From Selaginella moellendorffii (Eukaryota; Plantae; Lycopodiophyta), in assembly GCF_000143415.4 (NCBI RefSeq), contig NW_003314266.1, forward strand, positions 3,294,398 to 3,358,397: a stretch of DNA of 64,000 nt, written 5' to 3'. Both the position numbers and the translations under genes were made by a program. The notes beneath the pieces were generated by a model, which saw nothing but the letters and a program-made list of their open reading frames with translations, ran no database searches and was not told the origin of the DNA. Each line of letters starts with the position of its first letter. Positions within the stretch are counted from its first letter, which is position 1. Positions 1 through 13,000 of the stretch are shown here, piece after piece.

Positions 1-111
1 ACCTCCATCATTATCTGGGTCACCACACTCCAACTGCATGCTCTGCAGCTTAGGCTATGCCATTCCCATTTCCATTGGGATTCCTTTGGCAAGGGGTTCT
101 CATGAACCCAC

Positions 112-1239
112 TGTAAGCGACTAATTTTTCCATTCTACTTTAGTCACTTAACCACACCTCCGACCACTTGGAGGAGTCTCATTCACAACCTCCATAAGTC
201 CCATTCAGGACTTGGGGCTTGCTAGCCCCGAGAATGGCATCCATGCCACTCAACCTTTGCACTTGGTCCAAGTGCTCCACGTGTCCGATCCCATGACCGA
301 CACCCAAAGGTACCATTGACATCTCGGCCCGTTACGCTAAGGCCATGCCCATTCACCTTTGCTGCGCAAATGGTCCAATACCACTTGCATCACCATCCCG
401 TCTCTCCAAGACTGGGCCATCTGTCTACGAGGGGTCATCCTAGATCCACTCCTTAGCATCCTTAGGATGCCCACAGACCTGGGGAATCACCTTCCCCGAA
501 GTCCCTTTGTCAGTTCCTACCAAGTCCCTTTCTGCCCCTGGCCGTGTTTGCCAACACTGCCACTGGATCGAGGCCCACAGGCCCGACCACTAAGTCCCAC
601 GGTCCTCTAGGACTTCCTCACCACACGTCTATGTCCTTGGTCACTACCCCAGAGGACTGCTCCTCTTCCTTTCCACAGTCTGGGCCTTTGGGACGACATT
701 TCGGAACACCGTGGCCTTACGCGAGCCACCTGGGTACTCTCCCCACCTATCACCTTTAGGTGCTCTAGCCATGGGCTTAGAGCAAGGTTCCGTTGAGCCA
801 CGCCTGGTATCCAAGTAGGTAGTGCCACCCACACTTGGACTGGGAGCATCGGCCAGTCGATCTCCCGGGGGAACTAGAGCCGGTTCTTGAACACTTCACC
901 AAGCTACCCCGCTTGTCGGTCTGTGTTCACTCTAGTCTTGGACTTCCCAGTGGGCAGCTCATCACCCAACACTGGGTCTGGCCTTCCTGGGCCAAACTGG
1001 CCTTTCCTGGCCAAACTGGCTCCACTGCAGTCCTCCCCCTTACTATACTTTTGGAGCTCACCAAACCCCCCAGGGTCTGGGAGACGAACGCTTTGGGCTT
1101 TCACCCTCTCAGGCTCCGGACTCGGACTCGGATTCGGACTCGGACTCGGACTCGGACTCGGACTCGGACTCGGATTCAGACTCGGACTCGGGCTCGGGCT
1201 TGGTCTCGGCCTCGGCCTCGGTCTCGGTCTCGGTCCTGA

Positions 1240-1271
<32 letters not shown>

Positions 1272-1536
1272 CCGGTCTCGGTCTCGACTTCGGACTCCAT
1301 CTCGGACTCCATCTTGGACTCCATCTCGGGTCCATCTCGGGTCCATCTCGAACTCCATCTCGGACTCCATCTTGGGTCCATCTCAGACTCCATCTCGGAC
1401 TCCATTTCGGGTCCATCTCGGGTCCACCTCGGACTCCATCTCGGACTCCATCTCGGACTCCATCTCGGGTCCATCTCGGACTCCACTTCGGACTCCAACT
1501 CGGGTCCATCTCGGGTCCACCTCGGACTCCACTCCA
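112..1536 (-). repeat. LTR A, left (3') copy, truncated
   Basis: Colinear and highly similar to 5406-~6920. Confidence 0.75.
1117..1536. repeat. Compound satellite (GGACTC)n/(GGTCTC)n/(GGACTCCATCTC)n inside LTR A
   Basis: Directly visible; a second copy is at ~6410-6935. It generates the many spurious low-complexity ORFs. Confidence 0.95.
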
Positions 1537-4500
1537 TGGTTCTCTCCTTTTATTGGTTTAGTTCTCGCTAAACCTCTTAGAGACCCTTCTCTAAGTCAAT
1601 CCCACTACTCCTTCTCGAGTAGTCTCAATTTCCATCGATATAACCTTTGCACTTTGGAACTTTGAATTTTGACTTCTTGGAGTCAATTTCCTAGGTGTCT
1701 CCAACACCTTGCATTGCACAAATTGTGTGACTCCACTTCCCTATCCTAGGAAGTTCATTACTTGAGGGCACCATCATCCTCTCTTCTATTTCGTGCCACC
1801 TTGGGCACTAAGTTCCATTTATCACACTTTGTGCTAGGGTTGTCCATCGCCCTATCATTTGGCTACCTTACCGCTCCCTCCCTTGGAGCTTCCACTTTCG
1901 CCAAATCGGAGCAATTCGGAATCCCTCCTTGGAAACACACTTCCTTTCCCGCAACTTATTAGCGTCCAACACATTAGTGTTCCTCGCCTAACTTTGTCAC
2001 TTGGATTCCTTCCAAGGGATTCCACGGCCCTATCTTGGCCACTCATCTTTTGCTCCTATCCGTTGATTGTTGCACCAAGCAACATCGAATCTCTACCTCC
2101 CTCCTTGAGGTATTGTTTCGGTTCTATAGCAAAGACTCTTCTTTGCCAAGTCCGGAGGATGTTCACCCCTAGTACGTCTCTTTAGCATCTTCTGCTATGG
2201 GCTCTATTCACGGCCCAACTTCGTGACCCTCCCATGGGTCTTTTATAGAGACTACTTTCCTCGGACTCACTATGCCATCGCACGGACATAGTTTATTTCC
2301 CTTAGGTGCTCTTCCCACTTGGTTATCACGACCAAGCCACACCACCTTAAACAGTTCAATTTCAACATTTTGAACCAGGAACTTCATTCCTTAGCCAACC
2401 AAGAACCTTGTCCTTTTCTAGCCATAAGATCACCTAGTGATCTCACCTTGGCACCTTAACAAAGTTGCCAAGAGGTACTTGGTTTTCTAGACCTCCAAGT
2501 TGTTGACTATAACCCCGGGGGCACCCCCCACACTTGGCGGTGCACCCAAGCTAGCCCTTACGGCCAAGGGTTCATAGCAATTGAGATTAGGTGTCCCCAT
2601 CTCACTCACCATGACCTTGGTGCCACTTGCACCAAAGTGTTCAAGTTAGATATGCTGAGCTTTCACACTAAGCAATCTAACCGTGCATCACGACTCCGAG
2701 GCATCCCTCGCTTGGCGGTGTGCCCAAACCAGTCTCCCCACTGAGAGTCCATGACCACCGAAATATGAGTGTCCTCATATTCCAAACCATCACCACGCCC
2801 TAGTGATTTGGGACTCGAACCCAAGCACTAGAGGGTCGGGACTCGAACCCAACCTCCGTATATGCATCTACGGACGGCATCACACAAGATGCCTGGCGTG
2901 ACTCCCCACGCCGGTGCACCAACTTATTTTTAAAGCGCGCTACAGATCATAGCTTAGGAACCTAGTTCCTCCACACTGCCAAGTCCTCTCACTTGACATG
3001 TCTGTGATCATGCATGGACTCCTCCATGCTCGGCCCCATGGCCCACCCCTTTTGAAGTTATCACCTTCAACTAGGGTATTTGTTCCCCCGACGTGCCAAT
3101 CTCGCTTGGCAAGTCCTCCGACCACTGTAACATGGTTCCTGCATAAGCGTGAAAGTCCTTGACCATCGACTTTCGTTCAAAGCCCTCTCTTTGAACCCTC
3201 GGGAACTACTTCCCTAACCTTGATAGCCTTGCCTCATGGCAAGCTTCAAGACCACGCTTTTGCTGTGCCACTCTGATTTCGCGCGTTCCATGAACCATTT
3301 ACACTTGGCCTTTCTAGGTACTAAACTACATAGAATCATCTTTGGGAACCTTGAAGGAACTCTGTCCCTTAGCTTGCTAAGGCCTCCCTTTTTGCAAGCC
3401 CTCAAAATGCCACATAGTCTAACATGGACAATTCCATATTTTAGACTCTCCATGGCATCACGGTTGCTAGCGGCAACACCCTCGAGCCCCCACTTGATTC
3501 TCCACTCCCAGCTGGCATAACCAACCTTGGTTATGCCCTTTGATTCCTATGGTTCAGTTCTATCCCCTTACTTCTTGCTTTTTGGCTTCACACCTTTCCT
3601 TTGGTCATTCTCCTCCAGACCAGGAGGATAGCTTTGCACTTTTCTATCACGCTTTAGCAAGTATTCTTAGGGATGAACCTACCCAATAGCCTAGGGAGTG
3701 GTTCCTCAATCCGGGTATGCTCACCTTATAATCCCACACACTGGGATTACATTGTTGCTTATGGGCATTTACATGCCCATCACTAGCCTTGCCAAAATTC
3801 CATTTTTGGCTTTGTCCAACTCGGGTAGACAGTCCTCTCCTGTCTCCACAACCTTGGACATTTGGATAGCACCTTCTATCCATCATTCGTTAGAGACTTA
3901 GTCCCTTGGGCTTTATCCATTGCCCTCGCGACATCAAACACCACCTTCTGGTGTTCTAGAGTGTCCGGGTGTCCCAATGATGGCTTTCTTGACAATGAGT
4001 ATTTCCTTTTATGACATTGACTTACTATATCGCAACACAAGCAATTTATCCCCCGTAAGGGTATATCCAACTTCCTTATGCTATTAAGAAGTCTTGGGTA
4101 GCTACCTTCTACCTGTTTAACCAGTTATTTTGCACCTCTTGCTTAGTTGCCTCATAGTTGTCAAGTCCTACAACTCATTGCTTGGTGCTTTCACACCTCC
4201 ATCATTATCTGGGTCACCACACTCCAACTGCATGCTCTGCAGCTTAGGCTATGCCATTCCCATTTCCATTGGGATTCCTTTGGCAAGGGGTTCTCATGAA
4301 CCCACCAACATAGCCTCAAGGTATCACACCTTGGCACATTTGGTGTCTCCACACCATCGGCTCCACGAGCCTACCTCTATGACATTTCCCTTTCGTGTCT
4401 AAGTCTTTGCCAAGACTAACACCGCTATTTCTCATGCCAACCATCCGTTAGCACTGCCCCATAGAGGTCACACACAACTTTATGTCAAAGTTGTTTTCTT

Positions 4501-5405
4501 CTGGGAACACCTTTCCCATAACTTTAGCATGGCATATTTTGCCATCGATGAGATACCCTCTGTTCTCATCCTTGGATCCTATGACCCCCCCCCCCCGCCA
4601 TCCTTTGTGGGGTACAACACACCTCAGTCCAAATGCTTCCATCAGTCCTTTTAGGACCATCTGTTGACTCTACTTGAGTCATCCAGCAGTTTTGGACTTG
4701 GTTAATCCACAGACCCGTAAGGTCCTACTTGTGAGGCACTAGCTCACTGGAATACACTTCTTGCATTCCTGTCCTACTCAAAAGGACTATTTTCACAAGT
4801 GTTACTTTGACACTTGATTTTGTTCTCTGGGGGCAACCTTTGCCCCTTAGGACTACTTGTCCATGTGATGAGAATACCAACTCATCCACTTAATACACCC
4901 CCAACTCCTGGGGTTGTTCCAGCATTTATTAGAGGTAGCCCCGGCTACCTTTTCAAGGACTTGAGTCCTCTTCCGTATTTGACCTCCCACGGTCATTACT
5001 TCTGGTCTCACATTCATGAGCACCAACCTCAACTATATGAGGAAAATCTTGTGACTCCTTTATTGTTTTGGAGTCTCTATCTTTCCCGTGATCCCAACTT
5101 TAGTTGTTTACCACAACAACCTTAGCCAATTTGCTGAGACAAATGCTCATCCGGATCACATCCTCAACTCAATGAGGAAAACCTTGCACTGTTCCCAAGA
5201 TCCCAAAGTCGTTCCATTATTGGCCCTTTTCTATCCACCACCTCGTCTACAAGTTCACACATGAACTGTAATGGAGAGCCATGTCTTCCCGACCTGCTAC
5301 TCCTCAAGGATAGGCCCACTTCTCGGACCTTCCGTTGCCAACACCAGTGGTGATATACTTGAGCACCAATAAAAGTCGGACTAAGGAACAGCTCCGATAC
5401 CAAGT

Positions 5406-7168
5406 TGTAAGCGACTAAATTTTCCATTCTACTTTAGTCACTTAACCACACCTCTGACCACTTGGAGGAGTCTCATTCACAACCTCCATAAGTCCAATCC
5501 AGGACTTGGGACTTGCTAGCCCCGAGAATGGCATCCATGCCACTCAACATTTGCACTTGGTCCAAGTGCTCCACGTGTCCGATCCCATGACCGACACTCA
5601 AAGGTACCACCGACATAGCAGCCCGTTATGCTAAGGCCATGCCCATTCACCTTTGCCGCACTAGTGGTCCAATACCACTTGCATCACAATCCCGTCTCTC
5701 CAAGACTGGGCCATCTATCCACGAGTGGTCATCCTAGATCCACTCCTTAGCATCCTTAGGATGCCCACAGACCTGGGGAATTGCCTTCCCCAAAGTCCCT
5801 TTGTCAGTTCCTACTAAGTCCCTTTTCTGCCCCTGGCCGTGTTTGCCAACACTGCCACTGGATCGAGGCCCGCAGGCCCGACCACTAAGTCCCATGGTCC
5901 TCTGGGACTTCCTCACCACACGACTGTGTCCTTGGTTGCTACCCCAGAGGACTGCTCCTCTTCCTTTCCACAGTCTAGGCCTTTGGGACAACATTTCGGA
6001 ACACCGTGGCCTTACGCGAGCCACCTGGGTACTCTCCTCGCCTTCTGCCCTTGGGTGCTCTAGCCATGGGCTTAGAGTGGGTTCTGTTGAGCCACACCAA
6101 GTATCCAAGTAGGTAGTGCCACCCCCACTTGGACTAGGAGCATCGGCCAGTCAATCTCCCGGGGGAACTAGAGCCGGCTCTTGAACACTTCACCAAGCTA
6201 CCCCGCTTGTCGGTCTGTGTTCACTCTAGTCTTGGACTTCCCAGGGGGCAGCTCATCACCCAACACTGGGTCTGGCCTTCCTGGGCCAAACTGGCCTTTC
6301 CTGGCCAAACTGGCTCCACTACAGTCCTCCCCCTACTATACTTTTGGAGCTCACCAAACCCCCCAGGGTCTGGGAGACGAACGCTTTGGGCTTTCACCCT
6401 CTCAGGCTCCGGACTCGGACTCGGACTCGGACTCGGACTCGGACTCGGACTCGGATTCGGACTCGGACTCGGGCTCGGGCTCGGTCTCAGCCTCGGCCTC
6501 GGTCTCGGTCCCGATCTCGGTCTCGGTCTCGGTCTCGGTCCCGGTCTCGGTCTCGACTTCGGACTCCATCTCGGACTCCATCTCGGACTCCATCTCGGGC
6601 TCCATCTCGGGTCCATCTCGGGTCCATCTTCGGACTCCATCTCGGACTCCATCTCGGGTCCATCTCGGACTCCATTTTGGGTCCATCTCGGGTCCACCTC
6701 GGACTCCATCTCGGACTCCACCTCGGACTCCATCTCGGGTCCATCTCGGACTCCACTTCGGACTCCAACTCAGGTCCATCTCGGGTCCACCTCGGACTCC
6801 ATCTCGGACTCCATCTCGGGTCCATCTCGGACTCCACTTCGGACTCCAACTCGGGTCCATCTCAGACTCCATTTCGGACTCCAACTCGGGTCCATCTCGG
6901 ACTCCACTTCGGACTCCAACTTGAGTCTATCTCGGACACTCCCACGTGTCATGTGTTGGTCCTTTTGGGTCCCTTTTTGGAGCCTCGCCTTTTGCTCGCT
7001 TCGTGCTCGTTCCTTGAGCACTTCGTTGGGAGTTCCACTCCCACTCTTGACTTTTCAAGTCGGAGCTTTTGGTCCAAACGTGTTACGCTCGTTTGGCTCT
7101 CGCTTCGGCCACTACCATGTGGCACCCTTCCGGCTCCACTTTGGGGCCTAGGGATTTTGTGTCTCACA
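5406..7168 (-). repeat. LTR A, right (5') copy
   Basis: TG at 5406 next to the PBS; ends ...TCTCACA at 7168, where it interrupts a pol frame (KKNDGSLRLC). Confidence 0.7.
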
Positions 7169-7925
7169 TAGCCGCAAACTCCCATCATTCTTCTTGACAA
7201 AGAAGACAAGCGCTCCAGCCAGGGACTACAAATGCTGAATGTACCCTGATGCAAGGTTTTTGTCCATGTACTCTTTGAGGGCCTTAAGCTCGGATGGGGA
7301 TAACCCATAGATAAGGTGACGCTCCTTCCTGTAAATCAATGGGACAGTCATAAGGCCGATGAACAAGTAGAACACTAGCTTTTTTCTTGTCAAACACATC
7401 CCCAAAATCATGATACTTCTCAGAAAGACTGACAGGACAAACATGCAAAGCAAAAAGGAAAATGGGTTCTTCGTGAAGGAGTTCTTTCATAGCGATTATG
7501 GAGATAGGAGGAGGTGTACAACTGAATGGAATGATGGGACTAGGATACTGTCTAGTGTAAGATGGAAGAGAGGGAAAAGAAGATGGTGAAAACTTCATAG
7601 AGTCAGGAACAGAACCCTAATTTGAGTTTAGGGAAGTTTTCTCGATGAACAGCAAAGGAAGACATGAGAGATGGTGACATGGGAGAGATGAGCTGTAATT
7701 CCTTCCAACAGATCTGAGGCTAGTGCAATTGGAACCAAGGAAGGCCGAGCACCATAGAGGAGGACTTGTTGTTGATGATGTTGAAGGTGATATCGGTGAC
7801 AGTGGACCCGATGTGTACTCAAACAGGCAATATTTCCCTAAGTCCAAAAGATGGAGACACAAAATGCCTACCGATGCCTTCAACCCTCAATGTCACGAAT
7901 GTGATTTCAGGTATCAAAAGTTACC
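7169..7925 (-). pseudogene. Ty3/gypsy protease-RT fragment
   Basis: Minus frames give VLGLPW (protease C-terminus), HRPYDCPIDLQEG, YGLSPSELKALKEYMDKNLASGYI and VKKNDGSLRLC, with frameshifts. Confidence 0.85.
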
Positions 7926-9008
7926 TGTCAGCTAGTCTTTACAGACACTCTTTCTTTACTACCATGATGGCAGGAGGTTGGTATTGTTGGTTCCTTTTAT
8001 CAGCCCCTCTTGTTCAAGTGTTAGTTTACTAGGCTTAGCACTTGTACGTAGGCAGATGGACATAAGGTAGGAACTCCTATAAGTTTCTTGCTGAGCATAC
8101 TCGGCCTGGCTCTTAGTTCTCTTTTGCTTTGTCTTGCACTAGCTTGACAAGAACCCTTGCGTATTGAGATTAGTCCTTTAATATCGTTGGATGATAGCTT
8201 ACCGTGTCTGATAAACACCCTCGCTATCATGCCCTTTGTGTTAGTCTCATTTTGGTCCTAAATGCTACTAATGAAAAGTGTCCAAATTTGCTCATTTGGC
8301 ATGTCTATGGAATGTCGAGATTGTCCTGAACATAATGGTGTTCGTCCCGTGTCCAAATTCGCAATCTAAGGAAATTCCATATTTAGTAAGTTTCGAGCTT
8401 GTCATAAAGACTAACTCTTGGTACTAAAGGTGGCTTGGGGTGAAAGCCTAAAGTGTGTGTTCCTGAAGGAGGGGGGGGGGATGTGGAGGATTCCAAATGT
8501 GTAGTAGGGATAGTGGGTAGGTTGGGTATGGCCGACTAACCTGAGGCATAGTTTAGCTCCATCTTGCGTGCTTGTCCTTGTTCTGTGTCCAGCTTGGGTC
8601 TAAGCCCAAGCTCCACACCATGCTAGCTACTGGAGTACCTATATCCTTGCGTTAGGCCACCGATATTCCAAAATAGCGCTAGACTCTGTTTGGCTTTGTT
8701 TTGCGTGCTGGTCTTAGCATTGGGATGCTGGATACTTTAGGACTATTCCAAGTTGCTCCGAGCTCTTGTCCCTTTGCTCCTTGGGCTGTGTGCTTGAGAG
8801 CCGTTCCATGCTCCAATGCCATTGCTCCTTGCCTCCATGCTTGGGAGTTTGGCACCGTTTTTTCGTTCGGTGGCCCAAGGCCTTGAACCTCGGGTTCCAC
8901 ACCACTGTCCTTTGGACACGTGGCATATGGAGGGTTTAGGTTTTGCTTCGTGGTGTTATCCTAGGGTAAATCAACATAGGATAAACGGTCAAAACGACGT
9001 GTGCTACA
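7926..9008 (+). repeat. 5' LTR of family B
   Basis: TGTCAG...GCTACA followed by a decayed PBS, TGGTATTAGAG (9011-9021). Homologous copies at 27213-~28190 and 57390-~58150. Confidence 0.75.
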
Positions 9009-10094
9009 TTTGGTATTAGAGATGAGTCTCAACGGGTATTATTCAATGAGATTAGGCAACTAGTCTCGTTGCATACGCAAAGATGAAAACGATGATCCGA
9101 GTGGGTACATGTTTGGGTGCTAAGATTTTGCAATCATTCCTTAGGTATGGATTTGGTTATCTTTTATACCATATTGTGTGAGCTTGCACTTGGGCTCATA
9201 GGATGGAATTGAGGTGTATCATTTTGCACGAGTTTTCGCTTAGGCTCTTGAGTGAGGCACATTAGCAACTCAAGGTTGCACTTTGAGTTGGCAGGATTAA
9301 TGTTAGCCTATCAGTGGTTCCATGGGTTATTCCAGTGGTTTTATGAATTGTTCCTTGTACCATGGGAAACAGTAAACCTTCCCTAGGTTTGCTATGAGTG
9401 GCAAATAGGCTGGTCCGTAGCTGTTTAGCACGGCACTAGTGGATCCTTCCTAGGCATGACTACAAGTGGATCAACCAAGGCTATATGGATTAGTTTATTG
9501 GTACAAGTAGTTATTGCCATGCTCTCTCATAAACTTTTCTTGGATTAGACTAAAGGCAGTGTGAAAGCAAGCTTAAGGTTTGGTCAAAGATGAGACCAAA
9601 AAGAGAGTTGTCAGGGACAAAGGATCAAACATGTAAATCATTTTCTCTTCTTAAGCTCTATTTCGTTAAAGTGGGAATTGTCATTATCCCACTTGTAAAA
9701 TAAGGTTTCCAAACCTTTATATAGTATATAAATATAACAAAATTCAACTGCATTGAGGCACATGCCATTTTATTTTAAACAAGGAAATGTCTACTCAATC
9801 ACTTCTCCTCCCCCTGCCACTGCTTCACTTCTCTCTTCTCCTTGTCATCGTTGTCCAATTTCTTTCCATCCTTTTAATATTGGCTCAGTTTCTCCGAGTC
9901 TAGGTGGAGCCCAAGTCCCCATTCAATCTTTACTTTCCCCTTATTAATAAAACAACTTTGTAGACTTCCAATAACATGCTGTAACACTTCTAGTATAATG
10001 CAAATCCTCTCAAAGAATTGTCTTTTAATATTAATACAATGGCATGGAACCCCATGCCATAATAAGTTACATTTTTAAATAAATACATGCCATC

Positions 10095-13000
10095 TCAGAC
10101 TGTTATTTTTTGCCTCCAACGCCTATACAATAATCTTGGAATTTCATCACTCTCCACACTATCAGGATTTAAACCCAATAGTAATGCCATCTCTTCTCTA
10201 ATACGTCCACGCTCATGTTCAGTGGTCGAAGAACCCATCCGGTTGAGCAGATTATGGAGATGCGGATAGTGCTTGGCTAGACAATATACATGCTATAAAT
10301 GATGACTGGTGTCTGTCCGATCAAATGGCTTCTGATATACCGTTCCATCTGCCATTTGGTTGATTTCTGCAGCCACCTCCTGGACTGGCTGGTTCTCTAT
10401 CACCATCGCTCCAAGCCGTTTTGCAAGGTCCCCCAGAACATACGGTTTCTTCTCCCTAGTTTCCATACTGCAAAAGATGGGGTGCACTGCATATGTGTGC
10501 GTGTTCGCTGCAGTTTTAATCGGCGAGTCATTGATGATAAGGATTTCACTTGAGCTAGCAGTCCGGTTCATCACCACAGCCTCTGGCTTGACGAAGATGG
10601 GCTTGCTACCCCTCATATAGACCATAGTCAAGCAATCCTCCTGCGTTAGGAGAAAGTCAAATGGTAATATTACTCGCGTCTGATCGTGCATCATCTGTAG
10701 CAACGTTAATGCATTGTGGCGCATCATGGATGTCCAAACTCCCAATTGCAAATTGAACCCGGCCCTCTGTTTTAAGTGTCGCATGGTCATTATTAGATCC
10801 CGTAGTTTCTCCCGTGTGATTAATGTGAATCTGTCTCTTTTGACCAACTTGCGACCGCAAGCTTTGGAGGGTGCAGTGACATTCGAGGACGAGCCACGTT
10901 CATGGGAGAAAAGGACACTGTTCAGACCAAAAACGATACAGTACCTTCGTCGTGACTCTGAAATGAAATGCGTCAGCATAAAAAATGGTATAAGTCAATT
11001 TTACCATCTACAATATTAGCGAATGGTGCTCCCGATGGTCGTTGAGAGGGTTTTGGTCGAGGAAACGTGAAGGGCGGAAATACTCTCCGCTGCAATGTGG
11101 GGTCAATTGCATCCGATGGCGTGTGGGCACATGCCATTTCAGCTGTAGACTCTGGTACAACTGCCTCAACAGTGGCATGGGGTGGTTCTGATGGCGTGTG
11201 ATCACACGCCATTTTAGCTGGTGCCTCCGTTGGCAAAGTGGACATGACCGAACAGGCAACAGGGGCGGTGTAGGGAGGTTCCAACGGCGCGTAGTCAGAC
11301 GATTGGGCACACGTTGAGTCCGTTGGAAATGAGGATACGACCGGCTCGGTGGCTGGGGCGGCCTCATGCGGGTCCAATGGCGCCTGGTCACCGTCAGTTG
11401 GATACGTGGACAAGATTGACTCAGTGGTATGGGCAGCATCAAGTGGAGCGTGGTCAGCTTGCTTGGCGTTGATATGGATAGTAGCCTCCATCAGCTCTGA
11501 TGACTCTTGCAGGCAAGTAGAGTCCAGTGGCGGATCCATATGCATGTCCAAATATCTCCCTTCGATTGAGATGGTATCCTCCCGTGCTACTAAAAACAAA
11601 CTCATTAGCACATTGAATCGACTATACTGTATTTACCATCAACTGCTATTGAGGAACTAGGACCGATATCACTTGGGCGCACTGCTGATTCTGAAGGATT
11701 GGACATACGTTTCGACCCTTGCTTGGCACTATCCTTCCTCGACACTAAAGGCTAGAGTTTGTAAATTCAACTGAATAATCTCTACTTACCATTTGCTCTG
11801 CGACCTACATGGACAATGTTAGAAATGGTAAAAGGTTAGGAATGGATGTACTATTATTTACCTGATGGTTTGTCTTGTATGACCTTCCTCCGCTGCTCTT
11901 TGGCCACCTCAGGCTGGCCATCGTCGTCATCATCGTCGTCGTCGTTATTGTGATTGTCACCATTGTGAGGACCATCCAAGTCCTCTTCGTCCTCCTCTTC
12001 TTCGTCCTCCTCTTCTTTGTCCTCTTCTTCGTCCTTCTGCTCTTCCTGCTCATTATCTTTCTCTGGCTCCTCATCCCCCTCCTGCATTTCTTCCATAGGA
12101 TGCTCAGGCTGGATGGCTTGTTCTTCCAGGACCATCTTGGGAAAATTATCTGGCCGAGTCTCCATCTCAAAATACAGGACATCCATAGCCTGTTTTAGTG
12201 CGTGACCTAGGACCGTATCCTCACCCGACTGTCTTAACATGGTTTCTGCACGTTCTTGCACCCTTCGAAGACGACGAGATGAGAAAAACGTGGCCCTGAC
12301 TTGAAAAGCTTCCCTCATCCATTGTACCTCTCCATTGAGATTGGGGAAGGGGAGTCCACCATAGGAATCTGAGTCATGAGGTGGTGACTGCCTGCTTTCA
12401 CTCAGCCCTTGATCTGCAATGAATGGCATGAGCACACACGCCATAACCGCGAGGCATTACCTATCATCTTTTCGTTGCCCTTCTTCCTTTTCAAATCAAA
12501 CGCCTCTGATCCCGACGACTGTCCAATGTGCTTTCGCTTTTTATGACCACTGTCAGTTTGAGCTTGGCTGGTGCTTGCCTGTTTTGCCTTTGAAGAAGTG
12601 TCTCCTGCAAGGAATGGCATGAGACCACACGCCATTGCAAATATAATTTGTACCTCCTTTTTTCCTATTGTTTGTCTGTTTGTCCTTCTTCGACGCGCCA
12701 CCAGTGCGCTTTTCAGTCCTCATATCTGAATATTCACAACGATCTATAATCAAAATGGCGTGAGGCCTCACGTGACCTTACCTTGTGCAGGTTGTGAGCT
12801 CGGCCCAACATGGGTATCTTCAATAGTAGCTGTTAACGCCGTTTCAGCATCTGGGGGTGGCCACGCTCCTGCATACAGAGCTTGTGAGATAACATTTAAA
12901 CTTAAAGTGCGTACTCACCAGGTTCGCAGAGAAGATATTGTTTTTCTTTGGCAACTGTAATTATATGGTCCATTGAAGTCACCTCTTCAATGGAGTTTGT

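Larger units (their letters stand above)
112..7168 (-). mobile_element. Non-coding (LARD-like) LTR retroelement, family A
   Basis: Direct repeats begin TGTAAGCGACTAA at 112 and 5406. A minus-strand Met-tRNA PBS (plus GCTCCGATACCA, ~5391-5402) abuts the right repeat, and a pyrimidine tract (PPT on minus) at ~1539-1551 abuts the left repeat. No credible ORF in 1540-5400. No matching TSD, and the left LTR lacks the last ~250 bp of the right one. Confidence 0.7.

Noticed and set aside
835-1665. ORFs with SD/RT/GL/ES dipeptide repeats resembling Sdr adhesins or SR proteins (also 6181-7171)
   Set aside because: Nearly all frames are open because the hexamer satellite lacks stops; it lies inside an LTR.
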